DNA of 63,779 nt, the filler included. It is 6 parts of 6 records of this genome, joined end to end, with 100 filler letters (N's around TTAATTAATTAA, not from the genome) between each part and the next. Parts side by side here need not be neighbours in the genome. Positions count along the whole stretch, not along the records: positions 58,491 to 63,779 come from DRR723986_7443; 5 more parts are not named here. One strand, 5' to 3'. Position numbers and translations under genes: made by a program. Each line of letters starts with the position of its first letter. Position 1 is the stretch's first letter. The notes under the pieces were generated by a model. The model did not search any database. It saw only the letters and a list, made by a program, of their open reading frames with translations, and was not told the origin of the DNA. Shown piece by piece: positions 59,042 through 63,779 of the stretch.

Positions 59042-60682
59042 ATGCGAAACTTATTACTCCTTACTTTGCTCTGCTGCGGCATCATGGTTTCCAGCACAGC
59101 AAACGCGCAACAAACCGTTGGTTTGTTCATGAACTCATCCGAAGCGCTGGACGGCTATACATTGTTTGCGCCGATTGGCAGTACAACTACGTACCTGATC
59201 AATAACTGCGGTGAAATGGTACACAGCTGGCCAAGCGAAAACCGGCCGGGACTCTCCTGTTACCTGCTCGAAAATGGGACTCTGCTGCGCAGTGGCCGCG
59301 TAAGCGATGAAGTTGGGGTCGTTGAAATGATAGACTGGGACGGGAATGTAACATGGTCCTACTCCGTCGCCGAAACACACGGTTTCCAGCATCACGATAT
59401 AGAATTCATGCCCAACGGCAATATCCTTTTGATTGTTTGGGACGTTCGCCCAGTCGAAGAATTAGTCGCCGCCGGTGGTAGCAGTAACAACGAACAAATA
59501 ATCTCCGAACAGATTATTGAGATCCAGCCCGACCTTGTTAATGGCGGAGCTACCGTCGTATGGGAATGGCGCGCCTGGGACCACCTTATTCAGGACGTCG
59601 ACCCCGCCAAAGCCAATTATGGCGTTGTAGCCGACAACCCACAGAGAATTGATATTAACTTTTTGAACCATCGCAATGACGACTGGCTACATGCCAATGG
59701 CGTCGATTACAATGCGGAATTAGATCAAATAATTGTCAGCGTTCACAACTTCAGTGAATTCTGGATCATCGACCATTCAACGAGTACAGAGGAAGCTGCC
59801 GGGTCAAATGGCGGACGTTACGGCAAAGGCGGTGACATTCTGTACCGCTGGGGCAATCCACAGGCATATGATCAGGGCAACCGCCAGGACCAGAAGCTGT
59901 TTTTGCAGCACAACGCTTATTGGATTGAGGATGGATTTGCGGACGCAGGCAAAATCATGATCTTCAGCAATGAAGCTGGAACACTCAGCGACCAGGAATA
60001 CTCCGAGGTTCATGTGATGGATCCGGCCATGAATCCCGACGGCTCATATACTTTCAATAATGAGGCCTACCTGCCGGCGGATGCGGACTGGACCTATCGT
60101 GCTGAAACTCCGACTGACTTCTTCTCCCCCGTTATTTCTGGTGCACAGCGCCTGGAGAATGGCAATACCTTGATTTGCCAGGGCGTGGGCGGACGCATGT
60201 TTGAAGTTAACATGCAGGGTGAAACCGTTTGGGAATATGTTAACCCGGTTGGCATGAATGGCGCAGTAGATCAAGGCTCACAGCCACGCGGCAACAGCGT
60301 TTTCCGCTGCACGCGTTATACAGCAGACTACCCCGCCTTACAGGGTAAGGCACTGGAGCCAACAGGTTACATCGAGCCTGGTTCGGATTTTGCCTGTGAC
60401 TTGTTTAACGGTGTTAGCACCGACGTTGAACTCGAAACTACAGGCGTAGAATTCGAAGTCTACCCCAATCCTGTCAGCGACTTCCTGAATATCCGTTATG
60501 GGACAAAGCTTACCCACAAGGGCATAACATCATTGAAAATTTTCACATTGACCGGCAATGTGGTATTCGCAACTAACCGTCTCAAGACCTCAATTGATTT
60601 GAGCGGGATGGAAGCGGGCAGCTACTTTGTGCAAATCAGGGACGGCGAGTCTCTGTTGACATCGCTGTTCGTTGTCCAGTAA
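59042..60682 (+). CDS. Aryl-sulfate sulfotransferase-like beta-propeller with T9SS C-terminal domain
   Basis: Sec leader ending ANA-Q; QHHD, DWLHANGVDYN, LYRWGNP, QHNA, ISGAQRL.NGNTLI; C-terminal VYPNP..G.YFVQI. Confidence 0.85.
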   Translation: MRNLLLLTLLCCGIMVSSTANAQQTVGLFMNSSEALDGYTLFAPIGSTTTYLINNCGEMVHSWPSENRPGLSCYLLENGTLLRSGRVSDEVGVVEMIDWDGNVTWSYSVAETHGFQHHDIEFMPNGNILLIVWDVRPVEELVAAGGSSNNEQIISEQIIEIQPDLVNGGATVVWEWRAWDHLIQDVDPAKANYGVVADNPQRIDINFLNHRNDDWLHANGVDYNAELDQIIVSVHNFSEFWIIDHSTSTEEAAGSNGGRYGKGGDILYRWGNPQAYDQGNRQDQKLFLQHNAYWIEDGFADAGKIMIFSNEAGTLSDQEYSEVHVMDPAMNPDGSYTFNNEAYLPADADWTYRAETPTDFFSPVISGAQRLENGNTLICQGVGGRMFEVNMQGETVWEYVNPVGMNGAVDQGSQPRGNSVFRCTRYTADYPALQGKALEPTGYIEPGSDFACDLFNGVSTDVELETTGVEFEVYPNPVSDFLNIRYGTKLTHKGITSLKIFTLTGNVVFATNRLKTSIDLSGMEAGSYFVQIRDGESLLTSLFVVQ

Positions 60683-60712
60683 TCCTCCAGGAATTCCGCT
60701 CAGAACGATTCA

Positions 60713-60753
60713 AGCCGTGGGCTTCAAGGTATGACTTGGGGCTCACGGTTTTT
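60713..60753 (+). terminator. Intrinsic terminator
   Basis: AGCCGTGGGCTTCAAG-GTATGA-CTTGGGGCTCACGGTT followed by a T-run. Confidence 0.8.
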
Positions 60754-61158
60754 GTGATTTACGTGATAAACATCGGCTCAAATCAACAATCGGCTTGGAT
60801 GGCAGTGCTACGCAGCTGTAAGTCGCAAGGCAGTTCGACTGAAGGGATTCAGATTGCTTGTCAGAGGGCAGATTCGATTGTTGATCGTTAAGGATTTTGG
60901 ATTATCAGTTTTCCCCCACCACCTGTGAGCCACAGGTCACAGGTAGTGGGAATCCAGCAGAATCCAGCCTCAATTTCTCACACCAAACCCGAGGCGCAGG
61001 CAAGTCCTCAGACTTAGCACGAGGTTCAATGCGACACTCTACCACCAATGCATATTTCCGTACTCATTTTGGCGCAAACATTCTGATTTTGTAAGTTGAC
61101 ATGACGACATCCAGATTATCTGGCAATCAATAATATCAATTCTTACGCCCCCATTGAT

Positions 61159-62229
61159 ATGCGCAAAATTCTTGCAACTGCAGCATTCTTACTATTCGGT
61201 TCGCTCGCCGCATGTTCCGATGACGATGGCCCAACAATCGAACCAGACAACTTTGGCTGGAAAGTGGCCGACTTTAAGGAGCGCTGGGTCTATACCGACA
61301 TCTTTTTTCTCGACCGCCAGAACGGCTGGATTTCAACATGGGCCGACTCAATTATGCGCACACGTGACGGCGGCTTAACATGGGAACCCCTCGCATATAA
61401 TATTCCGATTTCAACCGGAAACGAAGTTCGCAGCATTGCGTTTATCGATCAGAATCACGGCTGGGCCACAACTGAAGATTCTCGTTTACTGCGAACAAAA
61501 GATGGAGGTGAAACTTGGGAAATACAACATGCGCCCAGGCCTTTTTGCCAGGGCACTATTTGCAGTTCGCTGGGCTTTCTGAATAAAGAATTCGGCTGGT
61601 ATTTGTCCAGAGACGAGCTCAGCCATTGGGCTAAAACTACTGATGGCGGTGAATCGTGGCAACTCCAAAGAATTCATAGAGTTCCCAGCGGCCCCGCATG
61701 GCAGACAATGCATTTCTGGAGTGAAGATGACGGCATGCTACTGGGCTCCTCAAATTCCTCGGCAGCTATATTGCGCACCAGTGACGGTGGCGAATCTTGG
61801 GAACTCAAGGAATGGCCGGATTTGGGCATGTTAAGCGAATTCAGCATTGTTAACAATCATATTTGGATGGCGGGAAACTCAGGAACTATCCTGCGCTCCA
61901 GCGACAGTGGATCGAGTTGGGAAAATGTATCTCTGTCCGAAAGCTGTAGTATTTTTCGCATTACATTTGTTGATGAAAACAATGGCTGGTTACTGGCCGG
62001 CTCTCCAAATGACTGCGTAGATACAAAAAATTATACCGACATTATGTTTACTACGGACGGTGGATTAACCTGGAAGCGTCAGCTCGAAGATAGAGATCGA
62101 CGCGCTTATCCAGAACAGTTTGGAGATGATGCACTCCAGGACATAGAAATGTTGGATGCGCAGAATGGATGGATGATCAGCTCGGAAGGCTGGATTTACA
62201 AAACGGAAACTGGCGGCGTAGCGCCTTAA
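61159..62229 (+). CDS. YCF48-like Asp-box/BNR beta-propeller lipoprotein
   Basis: Lipobox LAAC; repeated F.D...GW and T.DGG.TW motifs. Confidence 0.85.
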   Translation: MRKILATAAFLLFGSLAACSDDDGPTIEPDNFGWKVADFKERWVYTDIFFLDRQNGWISTWADSIMRTRDGGLTWEPLAYNIPISTGNEVRSIAFIDQNHGWATTEDSRLLRTKDGGETWEIQHAPRPFCQGTICSSLGFLNKEFGWYLSRDELSHWAKTTDGGESWQLQRIHRVPSGPAWQTMHFWSEDDGMLLGSSNSSAAILRTSDGGESWELKEWPDLGMLSEFSIVNNHIWMAGNSGTILRSSDSGSSWENVSLSESCSIFRITFVDENNGWLLAGSPNDCVDTKNYTDIMFTTDGGLTWKRQLEDRDRRAYPEQFGDDALQDIEMLDAQNGWMISSEGWIYKTETGGVAP

Positions 62230-62330
62230 ACCACATCTTTAAACATTGCGGCGCGTTGACTGACTTAACAATTACATTCATATTCTCCCGGCAGATAGAT
62301 CACTAACGCCCCATCCGGGCAGGAATAATC

Positions 62331-63386
62331 ATGTTCAAAATTCTTACGACAATTACTTTAAGTGCGGTACTTTTAACATGCAGCGCATGTGATGACGATC
62401 CCGCGGAACCGCAACTGGGGCCTTTTGGCTGGGAACGACAGGTTGATGCGCCCGGCCCGCAGATGCAAGACGTCTTTTTTGTGGATCAAAGCCATGGATG
62501 GGTTACAGTGCCGTTGAGCGACACCCTATACTTCACGCAAGATGGTGGAGCAAACTGGCAAAAGCGCCATTATGCGGCTGAATTTGGGTTGGATAATGAA
62601 TATTTAAATCATGTCTATTTTTTGGATAGAAATAAAGGCTTCGCCACTTCCCGCCGGGGTGACATCTACAGAAGTGACGACGGTGGGCTGAATTGGCAGG
62701 TTGCTCTCCGCTGGGGTGACCTCGACGGACTTGACTTCCCGACTCCCGACTTTGGAGTGGCCGTACAACGCAATGGCGCAACGTGGTATAAGTCCGAAGA
62801 TGCTGGTATAAACTGGGAGCAACACCGTTTCCTGGAAGCTGAGCTGGAGGTCGGTGCACTCAGAGATATTGCTTTTCGTGATAAAACACATGGCGTGATC
62901 ACGGCATACAATTACGCAGGAAATGTCAAAGAGTCATCAATTCTCATCACAGTAGATGGCGGGCAGACGTGGGAAACGCAGGTAATGACTGAACATGGAG
63001 ACCTGCAAGACATTAACATTTTTGGCGATGACATTTGGCTTACGACCGGTGAGGAATATCTGCTGCACTCGCCTGACTTCGGACAGAACTGGCAAAAGCA
63101 GGAGTACGGCGTGGACAGATCGGTCAGTCGTTTATTCTTCCTCGACCGACTGCGTGGCTGGCTGCTCCTGACCTCCCCTCTTGCTATTTTTGGTGACGCT
63201 CGTTCTACCAGCATCATGTTTACAAATGATGGCGGCTTAACGTGGCAGGCGCAAAATCTGGAGCACGAATTGGGCGAATCACATGAGGGTATCGCCGATA
63301 TACACTTTGTGGATCAGAACACGGGTTGGGCGGTCGGTTTTCGCGGTCAGATTTTCCATACGAGCAGCGGTGGCCAGGCCGAATAG
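62331..63386 (+). CDS. YCF48-like Asp-box/BNR beta-propeller lipoprotein (paralog)
   Basis: Lipobox CSAC then DDDP; FGW; repeated FVD..GW and (T/S).DGG..W motifs. Confidence 0.85.
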   Translation: MFKILTTITLSAVLLTCSACDDDPAEPQLGPFGWERQVDAPGPQMQDVFFVDQSHGWVTVPLSDTLYFTQDGGANWQKRHYAAEFGLDNEYLNHVYFLDRNKGFATSRRGDIYRSDDGGLNWQVALRWGDLDGLDFPTPDFGVAVQRNGATWYKSEDAGINWEQHRFLEAELEVGALRDIAFRDKTHGVITAYNYAGNVKESSILITVDGGQTWETQVMTEHGDLQDINIFGDDIWLTTGEEYLLHSPDFGQNWQKQEYGVDRSVSRLFFLDRLRGWLLLTSPLAIFGDARSTSIMFTNDGGLTWQAQNLEHELGESHEGIADIHFVDQNTGWAVGFRGQIFHTSSGGQAE

Positions 63387-63779
63387 GGTTTTCAGAGACT
63401 TAACATTTTGTGGCTCAGAACTACTTAACATTCGGACATTGTTATTGCAGTTGGACAGCCGAACATCCGGCTTAAACAATCACTTCAGTCGCAACATTAG
63501 CATTCTCATTGGTTAACACTACAATACCAGTTCATGGTGAGACTCGTCCGCGATTATTCAGCTGCTGCGCATTTGCACGATCTGATAGGATGAGCGCTTG
63601 CGCCTCGGCGCCACGGCGTTGACACTTGTGTCTTGTGGCTGGCTTGTTTGACTCTTGTTAGTTGTTGACTGAGAAGTCTCAATTACTGGAGTCTGAGTGC
63701 TTTTTGACTTTGAGTCTTGCGGTTTGGAGACCTGTAGACTTTCGAATCTACCAGAACCGCGAATCCCTCGCTCACAGCC

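Noticed and set aside
63640-63779. Recurring GACT/AGTC words and a weak hairpin at the window end
   Set aside because: No regular period or recognisable RNA family, and the region is cut by the edge.

Overview
The window is not one locus. It is six unrelated contigs joined by 100-nt artificial linkers (N44-TTAATTAATTAA-N44) at 15903-16002, 25099-25198, 36898-36997, 49875-49974 and 58391-58490; lineage labels below are my inference from gene content and protein motifs. (1) 1-15902, Hyphomonas/Caulobacterales-like: tRNA-Leu(CAG), otsA-otsB-GH15, the cp-ATP-grasp/alpha-E/transglutaminase/Anbu operon lying tail-to-tail with a second peptide-ligase operon (retropepsin-like protease/7TM inactive transglutaminase/ATP-grasp), an sphBCD-like cytochrome c/flavo-oxidase/PLP-enzyme operon, and flagellar motor accessory genes. 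(2) 16003-25098, T9SS-bearing FCB-group organism: a 2009-aa FG-GAP/Ig/beta-propeller surface protein and a TPR-LuxR regulator. (3) 25199-36897, Roseobacter-like: nqrCDEF, CBS protein, apbE, nqrM, a BBE-oxidase + SAM-adenylate cyclase-STAND ATPase + Crp cassette, and partial frmA. (4) 36998-49874, Roseobacter-like: a decayed caspase-like gene with a CxxCH tail, IclR plus a split Rieske oxygenase and glutamine-synthetase-like ligase, a PIG-L deacetylase/PVL-lectin/RTX fusion, and mannitol/fructose genes. (5) 49975-58390, Marinobacter-like housekeeping genes (tadA end, galE, ugd, HIT, fabR, aspS, ruvCAB, ybgC). (6) 58491-63779, FCB-group: T9SS arylsulfotransferase and two tandem Asp-box (YCF48-like) lipoproteins. 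Best candidates for undescribed biology: the Rieske oxygenase whose [2Fe-2S] domain sits on a separate gene, the paired peptide-ligase operons with an NtrC-like box, the secreted deacetylase-lectin-RTX protein, and the cyclase/Crp/oxidase islet. No CRISPR array, rRNA or transposase was seen. All calls are from motif recognition; no database searches were run.
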